Counted from the first letter of the stretch, positions 39,230-52,570 are shown. The stretch: DNA of 64,000 nt from Octopus sinensis (GCF_006345805.1 NC_043025.1:2914001-2978000), one strand, 5' to 3'. The notes: a model not told the origin generated them from the sequence alone. A program made the numbers and translations.

Positions 39230-42022
39230 GTAACTTCTTCTCATACATTCTGCCGTTGGTTGTGCTTCTGCTACGGCGAGATAGAAATTCGCAGTTTACG
39301 GTTATTTGATCTTTGTTCCAAAGCTGTGCTTATGAAATAAGCAAATTACAAAACTTGACTGAACAATGGATAGATAAAGAAGATTAGAAGCTACTCGCGA
39401 GAGGGTTAGGCACTACAGACAGCGGATAAGAGAAGAACAGCAGTAAGAAACCAGAGAAAGGGACAAATGGTACCAACAGATGAGACGATCTGCAATAGAT
39501 GAAGAGCAGCGCAAGGCACAATTGCAGGGAGAGAGAATGCGAGTCCAAGGTAGAAGACAGGATGAGGAATAACAAACACAGTACAAGGAACAACAAACAT
39601 TGATATTTCTGCGGAGAATGGAAAACATGAATGATATGCAGCGTGCGCAGTATCAGGACCAACAGAAAAGCGTAATGTAACAGAGAAGGGAGAATATGGA
39701 TGATTTGGAAAGTGCTGCTTGTCTCCAAGGTCAAACAGAGAGACATCAAGATGGAGTTGCAGGTATGAATGCTGAACAGGCGTTACCTTGTTCGAGATGA
39801 ACAGGTGCAACGAAAGCGTGAGGGAAGACATGGACTACCACTGAACAGACACAATAATCCTAAACGAACCTATCGTATTGGTGATATGTACTTATATTGC
39901 GAGTATTGTGGAGCACTGAACTTTAAATATGAAAACTTCATGTTCTGTCACAATAAAAAAGTGAATTTTCCTCCACTGCAACCAAACACTCACACATTGA
40001 AGCGTTTGTCTGAGAAAATTACCAAGAGTCTGCTTCATTTCGAAAAAAACATTAGCAATTACAACTGCATATCTTCTTTTACGTCATTTGGTGTGAAACT
40101 CTCTGTGCTACAAGGAAGTAGTCTACATTGTTTCTGTATTGTTGTAGAAGGATTCCGACCACCTTCCAATTGACTTAAAGTGAACTGACATATTCCTATT
40201 AAATAGACAACTGTCGAGTCTTCAGCAATTAATTGGAAAATAGTTCACTGTGAGCCATTGACAGAGAGCGTTGGGTAATCGATTCGCGACGTGTAAACAC
40301 TTTATTTCCCCCTGATTCCTTAAATCCTACGTTCCAAACCAGGGTGTAAAAGTGGCGAAGAGTTCTTCGAAGTTTGCGTTGGACGTTTAAGTTTGTTTGG
40401 GATGGGTATGAAACCAAAGAAAAATCGTTTAAGATAGAAGGCTTATTGGCGTCTGTGGTGCAGTTGCAACAGCAACAATAGTAACAACAACAAGAGCAAC
40501 TACAACAGCAACAACAACAAAACCAAGAGTTACTGGAATCAATGTTAAAGAAGTCTAAAATTCCTTCAGGTGCGAACATGCGAGACAGCGTAGCAATCTC
40601 TATTGAAGTATTCAGTTATAATCCAGAAGATGGGATTACCTTCTCTGCATATTTTCGAAGATACGAAGAAATTTTCAACGTTTGAGGTACCAACACAGAA
40701 ACAATTTGTAATTACACGTTCTAGCACCAGAAAACGAAAATAACGGAAACACAAGAATTGAGCCCTAAGCATAAGAGATATTAAAATTCTGAGCGACTTT
40801 AATTCTCAAGTGGAGAATTTAGGGGAGACTAATTCTATAAAGGGGATATGCTGTGGAAAGATTCTGACTACATTCCAAGGGACTAAAAGTGGTCTGACAC
40901 ATTTCCATTACATGGAGAACTCTCTAGTCGTAAGCAATTGATTGTGAACAATTGATTGGTAAGCATTTCTCTATGATCCGTTGGCAGAGAGCGTCGAGTC
41001 TCATGTAATAGTAATCGTATTGCGTCGTGTAAATAGCTTCGTTAAATTATATATCCAATACCAGGATATAGAACGTATTCAGGGCCAAACTAAGCACAAA
41101 ACTACAAACTTGAATCTGTCAATGGTCGCCTGCAGTACAGTCAGTTGTATATTATTAATGCATCACAGAGTGGAAGCTCTGCATCACAGAGTGGAAGCAA
41201 GTCACAACTCACAATGCTCTCCTCAAAGAATAGTTGTCATGTGCAACAAGTAAATCCTTATGTTGAGTTATATGGGAACATGCACTTGATTGAACAACAA
41301 GAGATTGAAAGTGCCAGGAGCGAAAATGTGAACTATAATTCAAAAGAAGGCGCTCCTCGCAATTGATGGGGAATGGATCACAGCAGCAGCTGGATGCCAT
41401 TCTGTTGACAGCAGGTATGTCGTTCCATACTATGCTTACCTATTAAAGAAATTCCGAGCTCATATTAATGTAGAAGATTGCTCCTCTGTAAAAATGTCAA
41501 GTGTATATGCAAGTATGTCTACAACGGTCGCGATAACGCTTCAGTTGAAGTAAGGAATGTTGCAGTTGCAGAAGGTGGACAGACTCAGCAAGCCCAAGGT
41601 TATATCAGAAATTATTTTGCGTGTTGATATGTTTCACCTTCTGAAGCCATGTGGAGAATATCTAAGTACAAGCTGCATGACTCGTAACACACTGTCTACA
41701 GATTAGCAGTTCACTTTGAAGACCAGCGGAGACTGAGCTTTCACAGAGGTAGCACTTAGCAACCTGATCAAGAACAGAGAGATCGTGACAATACTCTCAC
41801 TGCATGGTTCAAACTGAATGAGCACGATTAACGGAAGTACTTGTACCCTAACATTCCTAAAAGTTATGTGTTTAATGAACGTACAAAAACCATGAACACT
41901 CAGGAGAAGAAACAATAACATCGGCTGCAGAATGAACACAGTGAGTCCTATGACGTAGAAAAATTTCATTTACGATTGCTATTTTGGATGTTCCAGGTGC
42001 TAAGCGCTTTGAGAAGTGAGCA
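39230..42022 (+). mobile_element. Helitron family H1 relic (copy b), N-terminal part, interrupted by a Gypsy element and truncated by a SINE
   Basis: IGDMYLYCEYCGALNFKYE..CHNKKVNFPPL..NISNYNCISSFTSFG; QYSQLYI; QVNPYV. 41380-42020 is homologous to about 62400-63020. Confidence 0.88.
40140..41074 (+). mobile_element. Internally deleted Ty3/Gypsy LTR element (935 bp)
   Basis: Diverged LTRs about 40140-40351 and 40849-41074; PBS-like tggcgaagag 40353-40362; gag stub FSYNPEDGITFSAYFRRYEEIF; pol end ..LSPKHKRY*; PPT aaaggggata; GTAT duplicated at 40136-40139 and 41075-41078. Confidence 0.8.
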
Positions 42023-42310
42023 CGGAAACTGAAAGAAGCACGTCGTATAGCACGTCGTATATATGTGTATATATATATATACGTGTGTGTGTTTTTGTGT
42101 CTGTGTTTGTCCCCCTAGCATTGCTTGACAACCTATGCTCGTGTTTTTATGTCCCCATAACTCAGCGGTTTGGCAAAAGAGACCGATAGAATAAGTACTG
42201 GGCTTACAAAAGAATAAGTCCCGGGGTCGAGTTGCTCGACTAAAGGCGGTGCCCCAGCATGGCCGCAGTCAAATGATAGAAACAAGTAAAAGAGTAAAAG
42301 AGAAAAGAGT
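42022..42310 (+). mobile_element. 5'-truncated SINE
   Basis: acggaaactgaaagaagc..ccagcatggccgcagtcaaatga..aaacaagtaaaagagt; same family as 48345-48787. Confidence 0.85.
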
Positions 42311-42311
42311 A

Positions 42312-43545
42312 TAACAAAAGAGGCGTTGTATTTCCACGCAGAAAAGTATATAGGAAAATTTGTTGTTGAAAATGCCCCTAAATTTGAAAAACATGTAATT
42401 GTTTTTAAATAAATATATTTACATACATACCAAACTAGTTTCAACAGTATTTTTTGTTTATCAATGGTGAAAATTTAAAATTATGAATTAGAAAAACATG
42501 TTTTTATGTTTATAAGTTTCGGTAAAATGAAGTATCATATAAATGTTCATAACATTCAATAATATATATAAAAAATGTGGATCGTTTTGCTCAAATGCAC
42601 AAAATTCAAAAGTGTTAATAGTGATCGATAAGAAATGTGGATCATCAAAGTTTCGGCCATACTGAGTTAAGAGGGAGAAAAACAAGGGAGAAATGAAGAT
42701 AGTGAAAAAGGGTTTTTGTTTACAGTTTCTGTGATTCTCTTACCGACATGTGCAGGATCTTTTGCTTGTAAAGGCGTTTTTAAGAATCCGGTGTATTTAC
42801 GATTTTTTCCGTGAACGGATCTGATATTTGTTGATGTCTTATTTTTCTGGTGGTCAAGATTTTCATTCTGCCTGGTTGGCTTACCTGTGGGGAACGGTCA
42901 TCAGCCATTCTAGTTGGTTGATTCTCATAAAGGGTAATTTTGTTGTATTTGCTGAAGTTCGATTTTGATTGTAAGTCAAATTTCATTGTTCTAGAGTTAG
43001 GTGATGTCAGCAACTGCTAAGTGTATGGTGATATTGTATGGCGATTCGGATATGCGATTTCGAAACCCGATTAGAAAACTGTTACTAAAGCGTTTTGAAT
43101 TATATCTGTCGTATCTCGTTTTTTTTTCTTTGTGGAGAAATTGTGTTTCTTTCATTTTTCGCTTTCGTGTTTAAACAGAGGTGAATAAGAGGGAACGAAT
43201 TAAACGATATTCTATATTCCATAATACTATAGTTGTTACTACATGATTTCACAACCATTGTACATGGTTCAGATGATGTAATTAATAAATTGCGTAATCC
43301 TTACCATCTATCAGAGGTGTAAAACATGCTTAGCAGGTGAGTATTTCAATAAGTCCTACGTTCCACCTTTAAGGAATTGTAGTGATGACACACGATGTAA
43401 ATTATATCATCTCATCAAGAACTACGGATGTGATGTGTAGACACAATTGCATTGATATAGAATAAAGAAAGTCGCTGAAACCATTCTCTTATTCTTCATT
43501 AGGTATATATGTATATATGCAAGTATGTATGTATGTATGTAGCAA
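42312..43545. repeat. Block X copy 2
   Basis: Near-identical to 9414-10700. Confidence 0.9.
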
Positions 43546-43818
43546 TCTTCTCTCTTTTACTTGTGTTTTGTGGACGCCCCCAGACGATGAAGTAGGCTAG
43601 CTCAATACGTAAATATAGAGGAAGAAGTCTAGACTTCGAAGTAGAGTCGAGTTGAGTAGAGAATTTTGTAGTTGATAGGTGTTGTTTTTGAGGTCGAGTT
43701 GTTGAAGTTGAGTTGTATTTGTGAGTTGAACGTGAATTTATTGTTGATTGTTGCTGTTTTTGATACCGTTGTTAATATCGTTAAAGTTTTGTTGAGTTGA
43801 TTTTTCCCATTGGGGAAA

Positions 43819-45200
43819 ATGGAGAAGGCGCCAGCGGGGGCTACTGGAGGAGAAGCGGGGAGAGAAGCATTGGAGACTTTTGAAGTAGAGGTCGAGGCCA
43901 GGAGGATGAAAGCTGGCGAGAGGATGCTGAGGGGGCAAGGCGAGAAGATAAAATTGACACCACCCGAGGAGCTAGTGAACAGCGTTATGAGGAGGACAGT
44001 GACATACAGGACTGTGAGGGTCGCTACAGGAAGGATCGAGATAGCAACTGTGGTGAGGATCGAGAGGATGTTGGAAGGCATGAAAGGTTGATAACCTTCG
44101 GAATAGGATGCAGGGAGTATGCAACTGTGGATGTGCGTTTCACATCGGAGGAGGAAGCGATGAGGCATGCTACGGAGATTGTCCGCTCAGAAGAATGGAT
44201 TCTTCTGCCATCCTGTTGCGGCGGACGCGTGGCGAGGGTTCGGGTGGGCCAGGTGCGCCCTGAGCTGGAGGAGGCATGGCTGATGACGGCCATTGTGTAC
44301 AACATGGAGGACGAGGCTGGAATATTGAGGGCCACCAGAGCAAACAAGCTGCTGGGGCTGTGGGTTGGAACTAACAATCCAGGTTAAAGTGGAAGACTTG
44401 AACGGAATGGCAGAGGAGATAGTGTTGCACTGGGAGTGAAGGTGGAAAGCAGGCCGCTTGTGTGTTTCGAGTGTGGCGAGGAGGGACACATGAAGGTGAG
44501 ATGCCCACGGAGGGAGCAGAGAGAGACTGAAGAGGGTGTCCAGAATAATGATAATGAGAAAACAGCGGTAGAAGAATTCGCGCTAGTGGAAAGAAAAAGA
44601 AGGAGTGGTAGGGTAAGCCCGCCACCGACTAACCAGAAAAAGAAGAAAGAAGAGGTGGGAAAGAAAGAGATAACGAGAAAGAAAGATGATAAAAGTGAGT
44701 CGGAAAAGGGAAGGGAAAAAATAATTAAGAAGGTGTGTGACAATGAGTCAGAGAAGGAGGAAGCAAGTATGAAGATGACAGGTGAATTGACGGAAGATTC
44801 AGGAACTCAACTACAAGAGGGTGAGATGGAGAAACTGAAGACGGAGAAAGAGAAGGTCTCAGACTCAGAGAAGTATATAGAGGAACCTATAATAAGAAAA
44901 GTAGTAAACGAAGAAAGGAGAAGACCGAAAGTGGGTAAGAACAAATAGAATTTTATGACGTATTCTAAGAACAACGAAGTGGAGAAACAAATCGTAAAGT
45001 TCAGGCACATCATAAGGCTAAAGTTGTCCAATGACGTGAACCAAGAGAGTGTGAAGGCCATTGTGGTCGATAGGGAAACCTATAGGAAACTTAGAGATGT
45101 GTGCGGGGATTGAATTGACCCGGCCAGAGCGTTGGTGGCGTTCAACGCGCTGCCACCAGTAATTGATCTGTTAGAACTGGAGCCGTATATGGGACGTTAA
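43819..45200 (+). pseudogene. ORF1-like CCHC zinc-knuckle protein, family 2, copy 2 (most complete)
   Basis: MEKAPAG..YATVDVRF..CFECGEEGHMKVRC..K/E-rich linker..C-terminal region ending LELEPYMGR*. It has one frameshift and internal stops. Confidence 0.8.
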
Positions 45201-45359
45201 AGGGGGGGAAAAGGAATAAAAGAAAGGAAAACGTTTCATATTTGTGTCTTATTTCGCAAGGCGACTTTTCCGAAGGAAATTAATTTATTACTCAGGTAGT
45301 ATAACTTACTTTTATTAAACATAACTCGGTCGGGAACTTTGATACCACTTCGTATATAT

Positions 45360-46829
45360 ACGAAAAGTTACCGTGTACCCAATTAACTAACATACACGGG
45401 TGTGTTCGGTTGAAGACCAGGGTACACGCAGAGGGACAGACTACGGAAGCAAAATTGTTATCACACAGCCATACCAACATCTAAGCGTATATTCACACAC
45501 ACACACACACACATACACACACATGAGGGAAATGGAAAATTGATTTTTCGTTAATCACTACGGCCGTTTCGGCCCGTCTTCCATCGGTACCTCATACATG
45601 AGATTCTGATCGATCGGCCACAGTGCATCTTTCTGTACAGATGTTTCTCATCAAGTGACGTTTCAAAAAGCACCTCGCTCAATAAACTCGGCTTCACTCG
45701 GTTCGATTATTATGTATTTCGTTATGTTAAGAAGAAGAAGAAGAAGAAGAAGAACAACAACAACAACAACAACAAAATCAGTAACAAAAAGCACCTTGCT
45801 CGATAAACCCGGTATCGCTCGGTTCGATTATAATGTATTTTGTTATGTTATGAACAACAATAGCAACAACAACAACAACAACAACACAATCAGTAACAAC
45901 GAGGAAGTCGATGATGAAGAAAAGATAATAAAAGTAGCAAGAAAACAGACAAGATGGACAAGCAAAACAATATGACAATTACGAATGAGGATAGAAATGA
46001 CAATAAAAATATATCAACGTAAGTAATATCATTACACATATACACAAACGTACGAGGGACACACCAAACATTGTCTTTTATTGTGGACGACTGACTACTC
46101 TAACATCCTTCCTAAAGAAATTGAAACGGCATAAGCAGCCATCACACTGGACAGTTTGACCGACTTGCCCCGAGCTATATGTCACTGTACAAATAGAAAA
46201 TGACGACTTTCAATTTCAGCAACTCTTGTAATTGTAGAGTTTAAAATAATTCATATCAATGAAGCAGCATCTTAAGAAAAGTGAGAATGAATATATTTCT
46301 ATACGTTCGTTTCTTTTCTTGAAGAGTATATAGATTTTTCCAACGAACTCTGCATAAATATGTATTTCCTAATAGACATTGATGGTGACACATAGAGACA
46401 CAAACAAATACAGAGACTTTCATGCACACTCCAACACGAATTTGGTAGCGGAATATACGTTAGAGATACAGAGAGAAAAACAAAGATGAGAAGACATGAA
46501 ATCCCAAGAAAAATTTCGTAAATAAAATATCAAAAGACTTAAGCAACTTACATTTCCTGTAAACTTGGAAGATTTTTAAAGGATCCTTGTTGGATGGTTG
46601 TGATCTGATTATACCAGAAATTTCTGAAACATAAAACACGGGTCAAAAGAAAAAGTATTAAAAAGATTTCTGAGAAAATATTAAATCTTGTATCTTTAGA
46701 ATCATATTAATAACAAAAGGACGATGAAGGAGAAAATGGCCGCGATGATGATGATGATGATGATGATGATGAGGGGGAGGAGGATGACGATGTTGATGGT
46801 AAATGTTGTAATAAGGACGGTGAGGAGGT
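45360..46829. repeat. Module A' copy, truncated by a PLE fragment
   Basis: Collinear with 12190-13600 and 57680-59200; shares an internal duplication of about 125 bp with the 57680 copy. Confidence 0.88.
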
Positions 46830-47320
46830 GTAATTTGTATGTAGTATGCAGTTGGGGCATAATCCTATTTGATAAAATCTTGTAATCTTGTATCTGAACT
46901 GGAGAAGCAAATGAGGCGAACGGAGTGGTTCTTGGCAAATTTTATTTTATAGCCTTTTACGTTAATATAGAATGTGCGTGTTGAGGAAGGTTCAGTCCTA
47001 TCTTCTAATCCGAGTTCGAAAACGAGATCACGATTTTTGATGATGATGTCTTTTAGAGTGGAACCGGTACAATATGGTAGCCTTTATATAGTTGTTTGTG
47101 TATTAGGTCACGGTATTTATCTAGAGGAACGTTATAAAGGTTGCCAGTCTTGACGGCTTTGAAGAGAATTTCAGAGTATTTTTGAAGACTGACGAGGATA
47201 ATATTAATTTTAGTTAGGTGGGGGTTTGATTGTTATTTTTCTGTGTTTAAATGTGATGTTTTTAATGAGATTGGTAAGATCTTGTTCGAAATTATCTAGG
47301 TTACGCCTACGAAGTGCATA
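46830..47320 (-). mobile_element. PLE RT fragment, paralog of about 8520-8965
   Basis: Direct similarity, e.g. tcggtatttatctagagga vs acggtatttatctagagga, and aaacgagatcacgatt in both. Confidence 0.75.
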
Positions 47321-47747
47321 TATAACGTTTGTCTCTTAGTCTGCGAATTATCTTACATTCAAAACATATAATACGTATGTATATATTGGTATATTGAAAT
47401 GGGAAAAAAATGTATATATGTATATTTGTGCGTATATGTATGTATGCATATACATATGTTTGCTACCAATATGTATGCAGAATGATATTGACATAACTAT
47501 AATAACTCTATGATATATTGATAAACCGATATTGATTGTAAAATTAATATACTTTTATCGTTCATAAACATCTGTTTATATATTATATTATATTCTATAT
47601 TTTATTTTTCATATACTATCTGTTGTGAATAGCAGAATACACCTAATCTAATATTAATAATAATAATATTAGTAATAACTGAATATTATATGTACTTAAG
47701 GATGTTGATGTGTATGTATATTTCAGTATATATTTATATATATATAT

Positions 47748-48142
47748 AGAGTGGTTGTATACTGTCAACATAGCGTGGCAGTCCCTGAAGGGAATTACAC
47801 CACCGCTGTTTAGCCCTAGGAAGCATCGACGCTTCCTGCCGGCATTGACACAATTCCTGTGTTCTTATATTTGTGAAGGGGAGGCAAGTACCCCCACCAG
47901 CTAGGATTCACACCTGAGGACATGCATGTTTCTGGGTCTTAAACCGTCATCAGCCCAGGATAGTGAGGTCTGCTAGCAGACCTCACTAGCTGGGAGGGGG
48001 GTTTGCCTCCCCTTCGTAAATATAAGGACACAGGAAATGTGGCAAAGCCGACAGGAAGCGTCGATGCTTCCTTGGGCTAAACAGCGGTGGTGTAATTACC
48101 TTACGGGACAGTCAGGTTATGTTGACAGTATACAACCACTCT
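47748..48142. mobile_element. 395-bp fold-back element with inverted arms of about 157 bp and a ribozyme-containing spacer
   Basis: Arms 47748-47904 and 47986-48142, with about 20 mismatches by manual alignment; perfect 28-bp palindrome at 47961-47988. Confidence 0.9.
47913..47959 (-). ncRNA. Type I hammerhead ribozyme motif with a GUC triplet
   Basis: ccuggg-CUGAUGA-cgguuuaagaccca-GAAA-caugcaug-UC-cucagg: 6-bp stem I and a perfect palindromic stem III. Stem II is imperfect next to the core. Confidence 0.75.
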
Positions 48143-48200
48143 GTCGCTCCACCACTGCTCATGTCTCTTTGAGACATTTAGAAATTTAATATTTCTAATT

Positions 48201-48314
<114 letters not shown>

Positions 48315-48344
48315 TAGATAGATATATATATAGATATGTATACT

Positions 48345-48787
48345 GTTTACTCTTTTACTTGTTTCAGTCATTTGACTGCGGCCATGCTGGAGCACCGCCT
48401 TTAATCGAGCAACTCGACCCCGGGACTTATTCCTTGTAAGCCCAGTACTTATTCGATCGGTCACTTTTACCGAACGGCTAGGTGACGGGAACATAAACAC
48501 ACGAGCATCGGTTGTGAAGCGATGTTTGGGGGGACAGACACAGACATACAAACCCACACGCACACACACACACACACACACATACACACACACCCACACA
48601 CACACACTTATATATATACATATACATATATACGTCAGGCTTCTTTCAGTTTCCGACTACCAGATCCACTCACAAGGCTTTGGTCGGCTCGAGGCTATAG
48701 TAGAAGACACTTGCCCAAGGTGCCACGCAGTGGGACTGAACCCGGAACCATGTGGTTGGTAAACAAGCTACTTACCGCACAGCCACT
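48345..48787 (-). mobile_element. Near full-length SINE with an internal (CA)/(TA) microsatellite
   Basis: tRNA-like head agtggctgtgcggtaagtagc..ggttccgggttcagtccc and tail ..gaaacaagtaaaagagt. Confidence 0.85.
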
Positions 48788-48822
48788 ATATATATATAAT
48801 TACGTATAACCATATATGTAGG

Positions 48823-48857
<35 letters not shown>

Positions 48858-48934
48858 ATGTGTATATTTTGTTTATTTTATATTTACATTTATATTTATT
48901 ATTGTACTTTATAATCTCTGACGAACCCTGGAGA

Positions 48935-50940
48935 TATATACAAGTACCTCATTGCCATCATGCCGGTTTGAAGAAGCCCCTCGGTCCATCCGCAACCAAG
49001 TCAGCCCCTCTGAAATCAACTACTGGAGATCTCATCAAGGACCAAAGCAAGCAAATGGATACATGCGTGGAGTACTACCAGGATCTCTACTCACGGGAGA
49101 CCACGGTAGCTGAGGCTGCAATCGAGATTGTCAAGATCTTGCCAGTCATATGCGAACTTGACAGTCCGCCATATAGCAGAGCAATAGACGCCCTAGAAAG
49201 GGTATTGACTCCTTAGCAAGTAACAAGTCTCCGGGAAAAGATGGCATCCCCTCAGAGATCATCAAAGCCGGCAAAAACACCATTCTGCTTCGATAACCTT
49301 CATGAGCTTCTGTGTCAGCGCTGGGAAGAGGGTACAGTCTCTCGGGATATGCGGGATGCTAACATCATTACGCTTTACAAAAACAAAGGTGACCGTGGTG
49401 ATTATAACAATTACCGTGGAATATCTCATCTAAGCACTGTTGGAAAGTCCTTTGCTCGCGTTATCCTGTCCGGGCTACAACTGCTTGCTTCTCGAATTTA
49501 TTCGAAAGCGCAGTGTGGCTTTAGAAGAAGCAGATCAACTATTAACATGATATTCTCCATACGCCAACTTCAGGAGAAGTCCAAAGAGCAGAAAATGCCA
49601 TTATATATGGCCTTCATTGGTCTGACAGAAGCTTTTGACTTGGTAAATAGAAAAGGCCTCTTCATCCTGCTCCAAAAATCGGATGTCCACCAAAGCCGCT
49701 GAGGATCATCAAATCTTTCCATTATGATATGCAAGGCACCACACAGCACAATGGATCAACATCAGCCACCTTCCAAATAAAAAACGGGGTAAAGCAAGGT
49801 TGTGTCCTTGCTCCTACATTATTTGGCATCTTCTTCTCGCTGCTGCTCTCACATGCCATTCAGGCATCAGATGATGGAGTGTTTCTACAGAGTAGAAGTG
49901 ACGGGAAACTGTTCAATCTCTCGCGCTTTCGTGGCAAGACCAAAATCAGAAACGTCCTGATGATGCCGCTCTGGTATCACACACAGAATCCCTACAAAGG
50001 CTCATCAACTGTTTTGAGCAAGCATGTAATGACTTTGGCTTAGTTATCAACCTCAAGAAGACGAACATCATGGGTCAGGCTACACCGGACATCCCAAACA
50101 TACATATTGGAGACCACAGATTACACGAGGTGGAGAAGTTTACCTATCTTGACTCTAGCGTCACCTACAACCTATCCCTTGATGCTGAGCTCAATATACG
50201 CATTGGCAATGCGCTGTGATGGCCCAACGGGCATGGGACAACAATAAGCTGACCAAGAACACAAAAATGAAGATTTGCCAGGCAAGTGTACTTAGCACTC
50301 TACTGTATGGATATGAGACCTGGACGCCATTCACACGCCAAGAGCGTCGCCTAAATATATTTCACCTGCGCTGCCTCCGGAAAATCCTTCGTATCAAATG
50401 GCAGAATCATGTCCCCAACAAAGATGCCCTCAACCAAGCAGGAATACCAGGCATGTTTGCACTCCTCACACGTATGAGAGGGCTTGGACATGTTAGCCGT
50501 TTGAAGATGGCAGAATTCCCAAGGACATAACCTACTGAGAGCTTGCTAGGGGCACTAGGTCTGCGGGAAGACTATTCTTACGATACAAGGATGTTTGCCA
50601 AAGGGACATGAAGGCCTAAACATCAATTTTAGCAACTGGGAAGCAGTTGCCAGCAACCGTGGAGATTGGCGACGTACCGTAAAAGAGGGAACACAAAGGA
50701 GTGATAGAGAGAGGAGAAATGGAAAGACAAGAAAAGACGTCAAAAAGAAACTATGACATTACAACCAGCCAGGAAAAGTCTTCGCTACTTTAGCGGCACC
50801 TGCCAGAGGGAGTGTTTGTCCAGGATAGGACTACACAGCCACAGCAGAAGATGTATTAGGATATGAAATGTAAAAGCCGGACTAGACTATTTTATGCGCA
50901 ACTCCATTGTCTCTCGAGACAAAAAGGATGCCAACAACAA
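48935..50940 (+). mobile_element. 5'-truncated RTE-clade LINE, RT domain and 3' tail; pseudogenised
   Basis: ANIITLYKNKGDRGDYNNYRGIS; QCGFRRSRSTINMIF; AFDLV; GVKQGCVLAPTLF; DDAALVSH with the preceding residues deleted; 3' end tccattgtctctcgagac..gatgccaacaacaa. Confidence 0.92.
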
Positions 50941-51033
50941 TTATAATTATCAGTTTAACAAATAAATAAGTTAACATTTTTAACGTCTTAAAGTTGATGA
51001 ACCAACTATTATTCTCCTCCATTTTCTTATTTG

Positions 51034-51074
<41 letters not shown>

Positions 51075-51119
51075 CATACATACATATATATATATATGTG
51101 TATATATGAGGAGGCAAAA

Positions 51120-52570
51120 CTATTGCACCTAAATTTGAAAAACTTGTAATTGGTTTTAAATAACCTTATTTACATACATACCAAACTAGTTTCAACAATA
51201 TTTTGGGTTTATCAATGGTAAAAAATTTAAATAATGAACGAGAAAAAACATGTTTCAATGTTTACAAGTTTCAGTAATATGAAATATAATTTAAATATTC
51301 ATAAAGTTCAATAATATAAAAGATGTGGAACATCTTGTTTAAAAGCATAAAATTCAAAAGATCGATAAGATATGTGGATCATCAGAGTTTCGGCCATACA
51401 GAGTTAAGAAGGAGGAAAACAAGGGAGAAATAGAAATAGTGGAAAAAGGGAAATCTTTGAGGGCAGTCCCTGTGAATCATTTTCCGTCGTGTGCAAGGAC
51501 TTTTGCTTGTAACGGTGTTTTTTGGAATTGGATGTATTTACAATTTTTCCCCTGAACCGATCTGATATTTGATTCATTAACTTACAGGTGACGTCTAATT
51601 TTTCTGGTGGGCAAGGTTGTGGTTCTGCCTGATTGACGTCCCTGTGGGGGACGGGCATAAGCCATTCCAGTTGGTTGATTCTCTTAAAGCGTCATTTTGT
51701 TGTATTTGCTCAAGTTCGGTTCTGATCAGAAGTAAAATTTCAATGATTTATGTGACATCAGCAACTGGTGTTTATATGGTGTTATTGTATGGCGATTTGG
51801 ATTTGCTGTTTCGAAACCCGCATTGAAGACTGTTACTAAAAATTTTTGAATTATGTCTGTTGTATCTCGGTTTTTTATTGTGGAAAAATTGTTTCTTTTT
51901 CCTTTTTCTGTTTAGTGTTTAAACAGAGGTGAATAAGCGAGAATGAATTAAACGATATTCCTTATTCCATAACACTACCATTGTATATTGTTCAGATGAT
52001 GTAATTAATATATAGCGCATGGTTCAGTGGTTAGAGCGTGGAGCTTACAATCGTGATGTTGTGAGTCCGAATCCCGGACCGGGCTGCGTGTTGTGTTCTT
52101 GAGCAAGACACGTTATTTCGCATTGCTCCAGTTCACTCGGCTGTAGAAATGAGTTGCAACATCACTGGTGCCAAGCTGTATCAGCCCCTTTGCCTTTCCC
52201 TTAGATAGAGAGGGGAGGCCGGTATGCATGGGCGACTGCTGGTCTTCCATAAACAACCTTGCCCGGACTTGTGCCTGGGAGGGTAACTTTCCAGGTTGAA
52301 TCCCACGGTCAGTCATGACCGACGGGGGTCTCAGCTCAATCCTTACCATCTATCGTAGGTGTAAAATATGTTTTTAGGTGAGTATTTCAATAAGTTCTAC
52401 GTTAGATCATACTATCATTTCACAGACACATGTTCCACCTTTGAAGAATGGCAGAGACCACACAAGATATTAACCATATCATCTCATCAATGGACTACGG
52501 GTGTGATGTATAGACACAATTGCAGGGATATGGAATAAAGAATGTCGTTGAAACCATCCGCTTATTCCTC
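51120..52570. repeat. Block X copy 3 (more diverged) containing a SINE insertion
   Basis: Collinear with copies 1 and 2 apart from 52015-52337. Confidence 0.85.
52015..52337 (+). mobile_element. tRNA-derived SINE, with empty paralogous sites
   Basis: gcgcatggttcagtggttagagcg (A box) ..gagtccgaatccc (B box). Absent at the matching sites near 10450 and 43285. Confidence 0.88.

Noticed and set aside
52015-52085. tRNA gene candidates (also at 4170-4239, 25920-25990, 27690-27747 and 48715-48787)
   Set aside because: They have A/B boxes but no complete cloverleaf, and they continue into shared SINE bodies.
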